Shown here: positions 1-12,757 of the stretch, in pieces
How the letters are laid out: each line of letters begins with the position of its first letter
How positions within the stretch are numbered: the stretch's first letter is position 1
Origin: Tricharina praecox
Lineage: Eukaryota
Assembly (NCBI RefSeq): GCF_024521635.1
Contig: NW_026250409.1
Coordinates: 620,001-684,000, forward strand
Direction of reading: 5' to 3'
Length of the DNA: 64,000 nucleotides
Position numbers and translations under genes: made by a program
The notes under the pieces: generated by a model
Told to the model about the DNA's origin: nothing
The model's input: the letters and a program-made list of their open reading frames with translations, nothing else
Database searches by the model: none

Positions 1-76
1 TGTCCGTGAACTCGTCGAGGCGGGCGCGCTCCGTGTCGGTGAGGAGGCGCGGGCGGGCACGCTGCTTGGTGGACAT
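1..76 (-). CDS. CKS1: Cyclin-dependent kinase regulatory subunit Cks1/Suc1, 5' end (gene runs off the window edge)
   Basis: Minus strand from ATG at 76 reads MSTKQRARPRLLTDTERARLDEFTD, matching the Suc1/Cks1 N-terminus (PRLLT..ER.RL..F.D). Not in the ORF track. Confidence 0.85.
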   Translation of the reverse strand, partial: MSTKQRARPRLLTDTERARLDEFTD

Positions 77-2913
77 TCTTGCGGTGGTTGCGAAGGAGCG
101 CGGGGGGGAAGCGGAGCGAAGTGTTGTTTTGGTAGTGGTGGGGGAGAAGTGGTTGATGGGACAACGGGCGGCTCAAGTGGGTTACTGTCGCTGGGGTTGT
201 GTGGTGTGTTCTGTGGTGAGGTTACGCGCTTTTGTTTCAGAGCTTCGCGTCTCGCTCGACTAGTCGTGGGGAGAGGCGTGGAGTTGAGGATGGGGGGGTG
301 AATGAGTAGGAGAGAAGGGAGGGATGGCCTTGTTGGGGCGAGGGGTGGTTGTTATTGTTGTGGTTGGTTAGGATGGTTGCAACGGAAACAATCGATGAAG
401 TGTTGGAGGAACGCCGGGATCACTGCGCAGCCCCTTGCTGCATGGCGGACTAGTGAGGAAAGTATTGGGACGCATAGTACCAAGCCCTCAGCCCAAGTGT
501 CCCAAGATCATCGTCACTCGTGTGATAGCAACACCACCACCTCCCATGGACATTGGAGACACCGAATAACGAGGCTATCATCGTGTACCGGTGCATGAAG
601 GGTCCGGTACAAGACAGCGTTTCGAGTGTGTGTATATCGCATCCTTCCACCGTGAGGTTATGGCAGCGGTATCCACACTTCTCTCCCGTGGAATACAACG
701 CACGGACTCACCATCTCAGCCTTCGGTAGCATGTTATTCCTCTTGGCATCGCTTGTCCACGGATACCGCTTGAATCCGAAATCACACGGGTGGATTTGGG
801 ACATGCCCGGAGTGATGGTACATAAGATTTTCGATCGGACAGTCACCAAAAGTTATGGTGTCCGAGAGGCCTCAACAATGAACATCTACTTTGGGCGAGA
901 ACCAGTGGAATGTGCGTTCTTTGTGGCTAAGCTCGTGTCTAGTTTCCGATTAGCTATGATATGCTCATCTGCTATGCTCCCCGACGCGACGAGGGTCCGA
1001 AACGAATACGCGCGTGGGCATCTGCTTCAAAGATGCTGGTTGGAATTCATACGAGGAGCATGCTGCACGGCGACTTCACCGATGTCAGTATAACTAAATA
1101 CTATTCGGACTCCCCCTCTGGTCACCGCGGCTGTAGCCAAGTAGCTGCCACTCGATGCTCACTCTGCCCTCGCCGCCGGCGGTGCAGCTGGGGCCACTCC
1201 ATCGCCACTGGACGAGAATCCGTTTATCAAGCACCCAAATAACCTTGCTAGACTCATAACTCCAAGAAGACTGCGTGAGCACATCGGTCTATCCAGAGCA
1301 GATATGTAATTCTCATTCAGAGCGATCCATTGAATGTCACTCGGCGGTTTCGTGTATTCCCTTAGCTGAAACCTTTTGTCGCTCCAAAGGCTTGCCCAGG
1401 AACCGACCAAGCCACAGATCGACCAAGTTTCTGCCTATTTACTCCGAATTTCTGCCTGCTTATTCCAAAAATCGGAGCGTTTCGTGGACCACGAGAAGGT
1501 GGACTCGGAAACTAGTCTCTGGGTATCCAAATCCAATAGGTATCGTGCTGTCATAACTGATCGACTCGAAGTCGGATGCCCAGAGGATGGAGGAGGCCAA
1601 TGATAGGATGGATAGGCGAGCGTGTCGATCGATTGTCTGCTTCATGTGTTCCTGAGTGTGACTTGCCGCCTTGTGCTTGGCTGCGGCTCTGAGTTCTACA
1701 TGGCCACAGAGAAGATCGCTCAGCGCACCCACGAAGAGTAGAAGTACCTGACCAGAGTAAGTAGTTGTAGTGGTAAGTGCGGCGGAGTCCATTCGTCTGA
1801 GGGACAACACGACTGATTGATACATACCGTACCGTGTGGGTGTGTTTGCCGTCCGAGGAAGTAGGTACACAATTGATTGGTACGATGTAGATGTGTTTTT
1901 TCCGTCTTCTCCTTCCCCACGATGGGGATGGCCAGCTTGTGGAGAAGAAGCCCGTGGGTTTCAAGGAGAGGTTTCTGTTTCCAGACAGACGACCTGCAAT
2001 CCAGTTGCTCACAACTTGGCAGTGGCAGGCTTCCATGCCAGACTAGCGCAGTATCTACCGCAGCTTCGTGTATAAATTAGCCATGCAGAGTACCCACCGT
2101 ACTCTATTCCCTTGCATGAAGGAATTCAGGGTCCTGACACGGTTGGCGGTGAAACACATGTCAGCCACTCAGCATGCCGCATCGCCGCTGTCGCAGCATT
2201 CGCGGCTGTGCTGGGCTGGACCTCCTGTGCCTGAATAAAACCGGAATAAATACCTAGCGGACATGGCTCCGCCAGTGTTGATCGCCTCGCCGCGCGTCCG
2301 AAGGAGGGGGGTATGTGGAGCACCCGACGGAATGTTCGATACGAGCCTGGGATTTTGTTATTATGTACCGTATTCGTGTACTTTAGTTATATTCGGATCT
2401 CAGCTGGGAATGAAGTTGTGCTTCGAGAAGTGACGGAGAGAGGATGTGAGAGGAATTTCGCACTGGCCCCGCCGGCTGCCCATCTGCCCCGCTCCGCCTG
2501 TCCGCCGTCTCCTGCACATGCTACACATGGAGGAGGAGAAGGACTGTCGCGGCGTCGCAGGGTCGCACACCTATGCATAAACCGGACTGTCGACCACTAA
2601 CCAGACAGAGTGGTTACCTGGTAACTAGCGCGTCGCCCCCTTCTCCAACCCGAACCATCTAGCCTAGCCCTATCCCACTTTCACTCCCCCATCTTCTCTC
2701 GTACCATACATAACTAACTCCTTCCTTCCTTCTTCTCATTGTTCCTTCGTTCCTCGTTCCTTCGGTCCTTCCTTTGCCTCCGCCTACCTCCGAAAGTACA
2801 GACGCTATCACTAAAGCTCGTTGGTCGCTCCTTTGATTCTCGTCTCGATTCTGCGCCCCCTGGAGAACGCGCGCCGGTCACCACAAACAAACAAAAACAC
2901 CAAACGTCTCACA

Positions 2914-4022
2914 ATGCGACCCAGTCGAGGGCTGCTATTGTTCCTCCTTGCCAACCTGCTGTTAATCGGATTGTTGCTGCACTCGGTGTTCACCCTTCTC
3001 ACATTGCTATTCGAGGACTGCTCCAACGATGCGATTCCAGCAATTGATATCCCGGCCCCCGATGCCCTCGAAGAAATAAACAAGCTGCCTCAATACATCC
3101 CCAAGATCATCCACCAGACCTGGGCGAATGAGTCGATTCCCGAAAAGTGGCAGAAGGCTCAGAAGAGCTGTCGTGATCTGCATGAGGATTATGAATATAT
3201 GGTGGGTCTCTCGGTGGTGGCGGTGGTATTGTGGTCTGATGGCTGATTGTGCGAAACAGCTCTGGACAAACGAGAAAGCCAGGAACTTCATCGCGAAGGA
3301 GTACGACTGGTTCTTGGAGACTTACGATAACTACCCGTACCCGATTATGCGCGCCGATGCTATCCGATACTTCATTCTGAACCACTACGGCGGAATCTAC
3401 ATCGACCTGGATGATGTATGTCCCTCTCCGAGACAATTGCTTTCTTTTTTTCTAACAGCTCTGGCATTAGGGTTGTGAGCGCCGCCTCGATCCCCTTCTC
3501 TCATACCACGCCTGGCTCCGCAAAACCACCCCCAGCGGAATCTCGAACGATGCAATGGGCAGTGTCCCCAACCACCCGTTTTTCAAGAGCGTCCTCGACA
3601 GCTTGCAGAAGTACAACCGCAACTGGCAGATACCCTACGTGACGGTCATGTACAACACCGGCCCGTTGTTCCTCAGCGTCATCTGGAAGGAGTACTTGCC
3701 CACCGTGAAATCGGAGGAGACTCGTGTACGCATCTTGATGCCTGCCGAGTACAACGACCATCCGTGGAGCTTCTTCGGCGTGTACAAGGGATCCTCGTGG
3801 CACCGCAACGATGCTAAGACCATCTTCTGGATGGGTCAGCATTGGCTGCTAGTGACGGTTGTAGTCTTTGCGTTCTGCGCGTCTCTCTACGTCTGCGGAT
3901 TCTACGCATACCGGCGAGTCCACCTCCGCGACTCAAACTACAGTGCCCATGCCTCGCCATTCTCCAGCTGGTCGTGGCCATGGAGCAAGAATGGATACAA
4001 GCCCATCAAGCACGAAGTTTGA
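2914..4022 (+). CDS. SUR1: Mannosyl phosphorylinositol ceramide synthase (GT32, SUR1/CSG1/CSH1 family); exons 2914-3201, 3260-3415, 3471-4022
   Basis: N-terminal hydrophobic anchor, IPKIIHQTW, RADAIRYFIL..YGGIYIDLD (DXD motif), TGPLFLS, GSSWH, C-terminal TM helix. Two GT-AG introns restore the frame. Confidence 0.9.
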
Positions 4023-4441
4023 GTTACCACGTACGAAAGCGGGGGCACTTGCGTTTGTTTGTTTTCATGTTTACTGGCCTGTAATTGCTTCCTTCTCCTG
4101 TCAGATATTCCGCCTACTAGGCAGTGTGCCTTTCACGCCTGCCACTTTTAGTGCACGTTTTGATGATTGACGACGTTCTTTTTTGGTGTTCACTTCTCGT
4201 ATATATTATCTGGGAGCAGTAGTAGGAGGATACCCGTTTATTTGTTTTCTGGGGACGGCCAGGAGGGGTGCGGGAGTGTTGTAATGAGTCCAAGGCGGGG
4301 TCGCAAGTACCATAGAGAAGAGGATGACTGGAGGAAGAAGAAGTCTCCTGTAGTAGTAGTTAATATACATCTGGATGCTACATCCATATATCCTACACCT
4401 GCATCCAGCGATCGTGATCGCGATCGTGTTCGCGCTCGCGT

Positions 4442-4982
4442 TCACTTCCCCTTCGTCGCCGCGCGCTCCTTCGCCCTTGCCTCCATCTCATCCAGCAGCA
4501 CCATCTCCTCCACCAGCGCCCTCTCCCTAGCCTCCTCAATCTTCTCCCTCCTCTCCGCGCGCACCATGGTTTCATACATCCTCAACCGACTACCCCCCGC
4601 CGCCGATTAGCCCCCATCCCACCTCCCCACCTCCCCCATCCCACCTCCCCACCTCCCCCATCCCACCTCCCCCCACAGCACGAGGGGGCGAACTCACTGG
4701 TCAGCTTCAACCATCGACCCAATGGTCGTGGGGCACATCCACAGGTACACGCGGAACTGAATCGTGAGGTTGCGCACCAGCGGCGAGAACGCGTGCGCCA
4801 GTGCTACGCCGGCCAGTGACACGGCGCCCCACTTCGCGGCGCCAACGAGTGCGCCGATGCTGGCGGCGCGCGCTGCCGAGTCTACGTGCGAGAGTTTGCG
4901 GGCTGGGATGAGTTAGCGATGCGGAGAGAGGGAGGGAGGATGGGGGAGGAGGACGGTCGTCGTTGGGGAGTGGGGACGGCAT
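4442..4982 (-). CDS. Small two-TM protein of about 125 aa, probably Rcf3-like (respiratory supercomplex factor); exons 4982-4955, 4902-4698, 4589-4442
   Basis: Spliced product MPSPLPNDDPRKLSHVDSAARAASIGALVGAAKWGAVSLAGVALAHAFSPLVRNLTIQFRVYLWMCPTTIGSMVEADHRLRMYE...KGK*. The R.LTIQF.VY...M.EAD.RL..YE motif is a conserved fungal family; the Rcf3 assignment is from memory. Confidence 0.7.
4611..4674. repeat. 22-bp tandem repeat (about 2.9 copies) inside intron 2 of the Rcf3-like gene
   Basis: CCCCCATCCCACCTCCCCACCT repeated at 4611, 4633 and 4655; G-rich on the transcribed strand. Confidence 0.9.
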
Positions 4983-5235
4983 GGTTGCGGTGGGTGAGGT
5001 GGAGTGGAGGTGAACTGAAGGAGAGGCGGCATGTCACGTCATGATGGATTGTTGGCTTACGCCGGAGGTGCCGAAGAGCCTCAGCTCAGCTCAGCGGCAG
5101 AGGGTTATACATAACGATCGGGAGAATTGTGCGACCAAATAATGCCGAAACGCCGGTTGCTTAACTTGAGGAATGAAGGAAATACATATGAAGAATGAAA
5201 AAAAGTCCTGTAGAACAATACAGTAGACGGACAGG

Positions 5236-6061
5236 CTACCTCTCCCTCTCCCTCCTTCCACCTCTATCTTCCCTCCTGTCTTCCCTTCGGTCTTCCCTCC
5301 TGTCGTCCCTCCTGTCTTCCTTCCTATCTTCTCTCCTGTCCTCCTTCCTGTCCTCCTTCCTATCATCTCTCCTGTCTTCCCTCCTGTCGTCTCTCCTGTC
5401 GTCTCTCCTCTCTTCCCTCCTGCCAGCTCTCTCCCTCCTCGGCGGCGGCGACATCCGTTTTCTCGGCGGCGACGCGCTCCGTCTCCGAGAATTGTTATTG
5501 CCCGGGTTCGCACCCATCTCGCGCTGCTCCAACCGACGGATCTTCTCCTCCTCCTGGCGGCGCCAATGACTGCCCTCTTCGTAGTCCTTCGAGATGCCGA
5601 GCGCATTCCTCAGCCGTTCCGACTCGACTACACACAATCAGCTTCTCTGCACGCACGCATCGCAAACAGACCGCCAAGCACTCACCCATCTTCGCCGCGG
5701 CAATCTCATGGACCATATGCGGCTTCAGCCTTCCCCTATCTATGCCACCACCGCCCCTCTCCATCTCCTCGAGCAGCTGCACCCTGAGCTTCTGCACCTG
5801 CTTCCCGATCTCTTCCTCGTCGACCTCGGCCGCCTCCTCGAGCCGGTCCTGCAGCTCGAGACACTTCACCTCCACCGCGCGCTTCCGGTCGTGTAGCAGG
5901 ATCTCCGCGTCAGGCGCCCGCTGCTGGTATTTTTTCGCGTCGAGGCTGTCGCGGTCCCGTGGGTGCGGCGCGTCCCGTGGTCGTAAAAAGGACATGTTCC
6001 GCTGTACGTACCCGGACGTCCCTGAGCCGCGCGGCGTAGAGAGACCGACGTTGGATGACAT
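5236..6061 (-). CDS. CWC21: Pre-mRNA splicing factor Cwc21/Cwf21; exons 6061-5686, 5627-5236
   Basis: MSSNVGLSTPRGSGTSGYVQRN N-terminus, cwf21 domain (EILLHDRKRAVEVKCLELQDRLEE), GTGAGT..TAG intron, RE/RD-rich tail. Confidence 0.95.
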
Positions 6062-6342
6062 TGTTGCTTGTTGTTGGTTGGTTTGAGGGTGGTGCTGGTG
6101 TGGAAAGGTTGTGTGCGCGCGCTGGTAGGTTGGTTGGTTGGATGGATGCGAGCTCGAGAGCTGGCTGGCAGCGCTGAGGCGTAGGACTTACCCGGCCGAG
6201 GTGGGCCGCGGAGCCGCATGGCGCAAGCAGGGATAGAGTTGGCCCACAAATTTAAGCTGCCGCCTCTGCCCCACTAGAACTCAATCCGCCCCTCCACCGC
6301 ACCCGCACACCCGCCACACCACCACCGCACCCAACCCTCACG

Positions 6343-7102
6343 ATGTCCGCCCCCGACATCACCCGCCGCACCGCGACCCTAAACCGTAACACGAACGAGA
6401 CCAAGATCCAAATCTCACTCTCGCTCGACGGCGGCTCTTTGCAATCTCTCGGTGGCGCCGCGGAAGATGCGTCGCACGCTACACAGACCTCGGCCGCCCA
6501 GAGCATCAACATCAACTCCGGCATCGGCTTCCTCGACCACATGCTGCACGCCCTCGCAAAGCACTCCGGCTGGTCGCTGAGTCTCGCTTGTCAGGGTGAT
6601 TTGCATAGTACGTAACGTCTCCACACACATACACGCAAGAGGGGGAGTGGGGGGAGTGGAGTGGGGGGTGGGAAAGGGAGTTGTAGCTGATAAGGAGACA
6701 GTCGACGATCACCACACGGCCGAAGACTGCGCTTTGGCGCTCGGGAGCGCATTCAAAGACGCCATCGGCCCTATCGTAGGGTACAAGCGATTCGGCACCG
6801 GTTTCGCGCCCTTGGACGAGGCGCTTTCGCGCGCCGTCGTCGATCTCTCGAACCGTCCCTGTGCCACTGTCGATCTCAAGCTCAAGCGGGAGAGGATCGG
6901 AGACCTGAGCTGCGAGATGATTCCTCACGTCCTGGCCAGTTTTGCCCAGAACGCAGGTATCACTATGCATGTTGACGTGCTGAAGGGAGAGAATGATCAT
7001 CATAAGGCCGAGAGCGCGTTCAAGGCGCTGGCGTTGGCGCTGAAGGAGGCGACTACGAGGACTGGGAGCAACGATGTGCCTAGTACTAAGGGCGTGTTGT
7101 AA
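6343..7102 (+). CDS. HIS3: Imidazoleglycerol-phosphate dehydratase; exons 6343-6607, 6702-7102
   Basis: [36 protein letters not shown] (across the intron), [29 protein letters not shown]. Confidence 0.98.
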
Positions 7103-7257
7103 GTTGTGGGACTACTGTGTATGTTAGGTATTTGCATTGGGATTGGGATTGGGATTGGGGTTTGTTTTGGGTAGATATCACGGGAGCCAAAAAAGGTGAA
7201 GAGCATAGATCGTAATTTGGTAATCAAGAAGAAAATACTGTCTACAGTCACATGCCT

Positions 7258-10200
7258 TCAAATCACCAGCTTCAACTGAATCTTCCTCTTCCCAGTACTC
7301 TCCTCCTTCGCATCGGTAACCGTAACTTTGACCTTGGCGAATAACTCCAGCAGCACCTCCCTCTTCCCCGTCTCAACCTTGAGCGTATAGTTCTCGCCAT
7401 CGAACTCCGTCTTCGGCTCGTACGCAACTCCCGCCTCCGACATCTCCTTGATCTTGATGACGCCCTCGATTCCGAACCTGGGCACGAACACGACGAACCC
7501 GTTGCTGAAGATGCGCATGACGAACCCGTCCTCCTGCGCGACGCGGCCCTTGAGCGCCTGGCCAACATAGTACTCGACGCTGGCACGGCCGGCAAACTGC
7601 GCGTTGCGGTGGCGCACGTTGATGTTCTTGCAGACGGCCTCGAGCTTGGCCTTGGAATGCAGCGACTGGTCGAGGCGCTCGTATTCGATCGCGGCGGCGA
7701 GCTGGCGATGCGCGACGACATCGGCGTACCGGCGGATCGGCGACGTGAAATGCGTGTAGATCTCCGAGGCGAGGCCGTAGTGGCGGAACTCGGGATAGGC
7801 TTGCGTGCCGGAGCAGAAGTACTCGGCGGAGAGCATGCAGCGCGTGGCGAGGATGCGTACGAGGGTGTTGAAGAAGGGGTCGTTGGGGTCGACGCACTCG
7901 TCGAGGGAGTCGGCGAGGGCTTTGCTCGAGTCAACTCTCAACGGCAGGTTCTTGCGGACCTTGAGCTGCTTCTGGAGCTCTTCGAAGTTGGTGGCTGGTG
8001 GTGCGCCGTGGCGACGCAGCATGGCTGTCTGGGGGAAGGCTTCGTAGATCTTGCCGGCTACCGAGATGTTGGCGAGTAACATGAACTCCTCGACCAGAGA
8101 GTTAGTTTCCAGCAGCTCCTTAGTCTTGACATCTATCGGGTCCGATGTCTCCGAGTCCGCTTCGATACGGACTTCGGGACTGGCGAGGTTCAGTGCACCG
8201 TTGGCCATACGGTTGGCACGCAGCTTCTTGGAGAGCATCAGGAGCGTGCGCATTCCCTGCGTCAGGTCGTCCTGCGCACCGGCGTCGTCGATGCGGATCT
8301 GCGCCTGCTCGTAGCTGAAAGCTTCGCGAGACTTGATGGCTGACTTGTCGAACTTGACCGAGACGATCTCCGCGTCTGGCGTCATCTCCCAGATGGTGGA
8401 GAAGGCAAACCGCTCGACGTATGGCTTTAGGGAGCAGAGGTCGGTACCAAGCAGCATCGGTAACATGTCAATACGCTTGTCCACCAGGTATACTGTCGTT
8501 CCTCGGGCAGTAGCCTCGTCATCCATTGGAGTGTTGGGCTTGACGAAGTGGGTGACATCAGCGATGTGAACGCCCACCTCAAAGTTGCCATTAGGAAGAG
8601 GAGCAGCATGGAGTGCGTCGTCGATATCTTGACAACCCGGAGGATCGATACTGCAGATTAACTTTTCTCTATAATCGACTCTGCCCTTCCACCTAGGGTC
8701 GGTCATCTCTGGTACCTTCCAATCGTGTCCTTCGCTGGGCAAGCAGTCCAGGACCGACTTAGGGAAAGGCCGATACTGAACATCGTATTCCAACAGCAAC
8801 GCCTCGGTCTCGGCCTCTTTAGTCTCCAGTTCTCCTAGCGATCTAACAAAGTGGCCCACTGGGTATCTGGAAGTCCTGTCCCAAGAGTCAATGGCCACCA
8901 CAATCCGTTTTCCGAGCAGCTCCGAGGCTTGTCGTGTGCGAATGCGAATCTTGGGAATCCGCTTGTCCATGGGAAGCAGGAATACAGTCTGCTGGCCCCT
9001 CCCTTTGTTTTTCGAGGCAGACGAGGGATCAACATGGCCCACGTAGTACCGCCAGTTCCGCTTGACAACGCCGACAACTTTCGCCGTGGGCTGCGGCTTT
9101 CCCTCAGCACTGTTGCCTTGGGATCGCTTCGCCTCTTCGATCAATGCCCTTCGCTCTTGCTCCGTCTCAACCGCTTCCGGTTGGTCTGTTTCGGGATTGT
9201 CGTTCTTGTTTAGGGATTCCTCCTCAAGGATTTTGCTGGAAGGTTGCTTCCATTGATCCTGCGGAAGAAGCTCAACAACCACCAGATCGCCTGATACGGC
9301 ACGGTTGATGTTCTCACGACCGAGAATGATCAGAGGCCGGTCGAGTAATGGAACATGGATCGACCCCTCCAAGAAGTTGTAGGTACTGACGTTGAAGATT
9401 CCCTGGTGCAGCGTCCCCGCTTTCACACCAGTATTCATCTTCGACATGGAGTAGTACTCGGGATAGATCATATCACCACGCGCCGCCTTAGCATCCTGAT
9501 CCTCCAACGCCGCACTGATCATATCAAACAGCTCATCGGCGTTCTCCAGTCCCTTGACATACTCCTTGATATTGCAGCACGAAACCCCCTCCGCCTTGGC
9601 CTTCCGTAGATTGTCCTTATCATCACTCAACATCACCACCTCGGGACAACGACTCTTCGTCCCGGCCACGGCCTCTTCGAGATGGCTCTTATACCAAGCG
9701 CAAGCCACACGCACCGCTCTATCGTTCCGGTCATTGATCGTCTCGGCCGGCAGCCGGCGCACATACGTCTCCTTCCGGAATTCGTTGTGGAAGACATAGA
9801 AGCGCTTATCCTGCGAGGCGGCGAGCGCGCGCAGACGGTTGTACAACGGCAGCGACCGGTTCCGCAGCTCCTCCAGCACCGTCTGCAAAACCACCACGTC
9901 GTAGAACGCGGACTTGTGCTCGATCACGTCCATGCAGTACAGGAAGATGTTGGTGTCCGGGACCAGGTAGTGGCCGTCCTTGAACGCCGAAGTGCCCGCG
10001 GGCGTCGCTGAGAGCACGAACGGTTTGACTGTACGCAAGCGCGGTCAGGTCAGCGCACGCCCTTCCACATCCACCGAATCCCCCGCCCATGCATCTGTCC
10101 GTAGAGTACCTTTTCCATTCGAGTCCGGAGGAGCCGCGATATTGCACGGCACGCAGAGATCTGACGAGCACGGGATATCCTGTCGCAGGTACAGCTCGCG

Positions 10201-10302
10201 CACGACCTTGACGCACTTCCCCTTCGACGAGCGCAGGAACACCTTCGAGGCGAAGCCGCTGTCCGTTCGGCTTTCGGTCAGCGAGCGCTTGAGACTGGTC
10301 AT
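7258..10302 (-). CDS. DIS3: Exosome catalytic subunit Dis3/Rrp44; exons about 10302-10110 and 10029-7258
   Basis: CR3 motif (VRELYLRQDIPCSSDLC..C), PIN domain (PDTN, ETINDRNDRAVR), RNB domain (SIDPPGCQDIDDALH, HYGLA..YTHFTSPIRRYAD), S1 domain. Confidence 0.97.
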
Positions 10303-11673
10303 TGCGACGTGTGGTGTCGTGTGGTGATGGTAGGTGACGGTAGGTGACACTGCAAGCAACGAATTCCATCTTTCCCTCTAGAGTAGAGTAGAGTAGAGTA
10401 ACTAACGCACGGTTTGGGGCTTGGCGAGGCACGCTGCTCTAGCGGCTGAGGAGTGAGCGTTGGTGTCTGGCTCGGTCAAACACCTATTATCATGCAATTG
10501 TACGATTGTATTCTAGCACCTGTGGGCAGACGGCGAGATACGGAGGTGGAATACCCCCGAGCCAGAGAGATCTCCAGGCACTCGCCGAATCAATGACGCT
10601 GTGAACCCAGGCGCTCAACTGGCCGCTCAAACCCGAGTTTTACCAGACCATGGTATTCGTCTACGTAGTTTCCACAGCTCGTCAAAGCATCTGGGGCAAT
10701 CGCATGTGTAACAAGCCAGCACGCACTTCATTGAGCCCGGACGATCAATATAGGATGCCGTGGGGGGAGCGGGGAGCAGTAGGGCTGGGATTGACCACCG
10801 CATAGTACCGATACCGACTCAGAGGATAGGTATGTGAGTATCTACAGACTTGGGTATCTACATTCGCAGCGGCCCGCCGATTCGCGTATCTACGGCCAAT
10901 TACCTTAAGTCCCATCGAATAATAGCATCACGGCCTTGACAGGAGTCTGGAATCTGGCGAGCTCCGTTCACGCACGCAGCTGATACAGCTGATAACCCTG
11001 TGCAACCTGAACCACTTGGATGTTTCAGCGAACCCCAACCCAAGCAAGCTGCCTCTCGGATTTGTTGCCGCCGCTATCAAGGCTAGGGTGTTTCAAGCTT
11101 AGGCTCTTTTCGGGCCCGCAGTGGGTGGGGCAATGGATGGGGGGGGGGGCATCGTCAGTTCTTTCCGCTGTGTACATACTAGAGAGTGGAGGTAGGTATA
11201 AATACATACAAAGCGAGACGAAAACGCACCTGTTTCGACAGCACGGAGTATGTACCGCGTACCGTTGGAGATATGAACACGAGGGAATCGGTACCGGAGG
11301 CCCCAAAAGCTAGATACATACATAGGCCTGCGCGCCGGCGGGCGGATGCCGCCGGCTCTTGAGTTCGCTTGACGTTCCTTCCAGAAGCCTGCATGCTTGG
11401 CCTCCATCTCTTGTGTGTATGTACTCTATGTAGATACACCGGCCCAAGCTGACGGATCGACACACAAACCCCGTGATTGACGATTAGACGGCTCCACCGA
11501 AGGGGTGGGGGTGGGAAACGGTTTTGTGGAGCGGAACTGGAAGCCTCGAAGCGAAGATGCAATAGCGATGTAATCATAGGTATGTAGCGATCAATTGCTG
11601 TCGAATCGAACGCCAGACGGACAACCGAGCAAAAAGCAATTCGTCGCCTGCTCATGAGCTGTCTGTCCATCCA

Positions 11674-11687
11674 TCGGGGGACTCCGA
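11674..11687. promoter_or_regulatory. Candidate UaY/Ppr1-type Zn2Cys6 site (TCGG-N6-CCGA) upstream of azgA
   Basis: TCGG GGGACT CCGA is an exact match to the A. nidulans UaY consensus, about 1.07 kb upstream of the permease ATG; AGATAA lies at 11711. Confidence 0.4.
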
Positions 11688-12757
11688 CACGGAATGGAGC
11701 CGGGCCGGAAAGATAAGCGGTCGGTATCACAGGCATTAGTAGGAAGTATGCATCCATACGGCGCCTGAGCAGATACACATCAGCGAGAACGCGTACGAAA
11801 CTGAAGGGGAGCTTGGTGGAAACGGTTCGTCCGATGCCTAGCATACCTAGAGCTGTCTCAGTGGAGCTCTCCTGCAGCATGCAGCAGAAGCAGTCTCGAA
11901 GCAAGCTCGGCTTACTGCGACGGTTAGTTAATATGATGTTGGAGATCCATCGTCTTCAAACTCCGAGGCTGTCACGATCCTCCGAGAATCGACAGGGTAT
12001 AGTATTGACTCGGATGAGTGGGATACGGTAGATATAGTAGAGGCGAACCAGTGGTGAGGCCATCACTTTCGTCTCCAAAACAGACACTCCTGCCATGCAA
12101 AATCGTATGTAGGGTTGACAGGTATTCTAACGGCCAGGCGGGAGGAGAAGGAGGAAGATAAAAGCATATGTTGTCAAGGTCGAAGCCTGGTGCATCGAGG
12201 TACTCTAGAGTAGAGTAGTGTAGCCTGTCCTAGCCTGTTAGCCCGCCCACCCGCCCCGGCGCCGGCCCACAGGAATTTTCTGCACCCCCGACACCGCCGA
12301 CATCACCACGGCGACTTCGCAGGCTAAGTGGGGGGCTAGGATTCTGGTTGGGATCTTTATCCTACCGCGTGGGCAGCTTCCGCAACAGAGCACTTTTCCA
12401 GAACGTTTTGTCGACCAAAGATAGCCACTCTCATTTCGCAATAATCCGGCACCGGTTCCCATCCCAAGTGCCCTGCATGTCCGTAAACCTGTAACCTGTA
12501 TGGGCAATTGGTTGTGCTCTTCCTTCCTCCTTCTGATATCCTATCCCCACCAACACCAGCACCATCGCTGTAGAAGTAGGTAGGCGTACGGTACTTGCCT
12601 GCGCGCCATCACCGTCCTGGTACATATAGCGGGGCATCCTCTTCCTCCCACGCCTCCTCCAGTTCGATCAACCGGAAGAAAAAAACCAGCACGGGCTGCA
12701 AATCGACTGCGTTGCCACCAGTTTTTTTTCTCGCTGCGCTTCAACAGTTCAACAGCC

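Noticed and set aside
300..2700. Short ORFs between CKS1 and SUR1
   Set aside because: No recognisable homology or consistent exon chain; treated as intergenic.
6062..6342. Gcn4/CpcA site (TGACTC) in the HIS3 promoter
   Set aside because: No match seen on either strand of the 281-bp spacer.
7272..8079. Long alternative-frame and antisense ORFs inside DIS3 (similar ones in azgA, actin and CSE1)
   Set aside because: Expected by-product of high GC at third codon positions.
11179..11904. 241-aa minus-strand ORF between DIS3 and azgA
   Set aside because: TTG start, no recognisable motif or codon bias. It cannot be supported without expression data.
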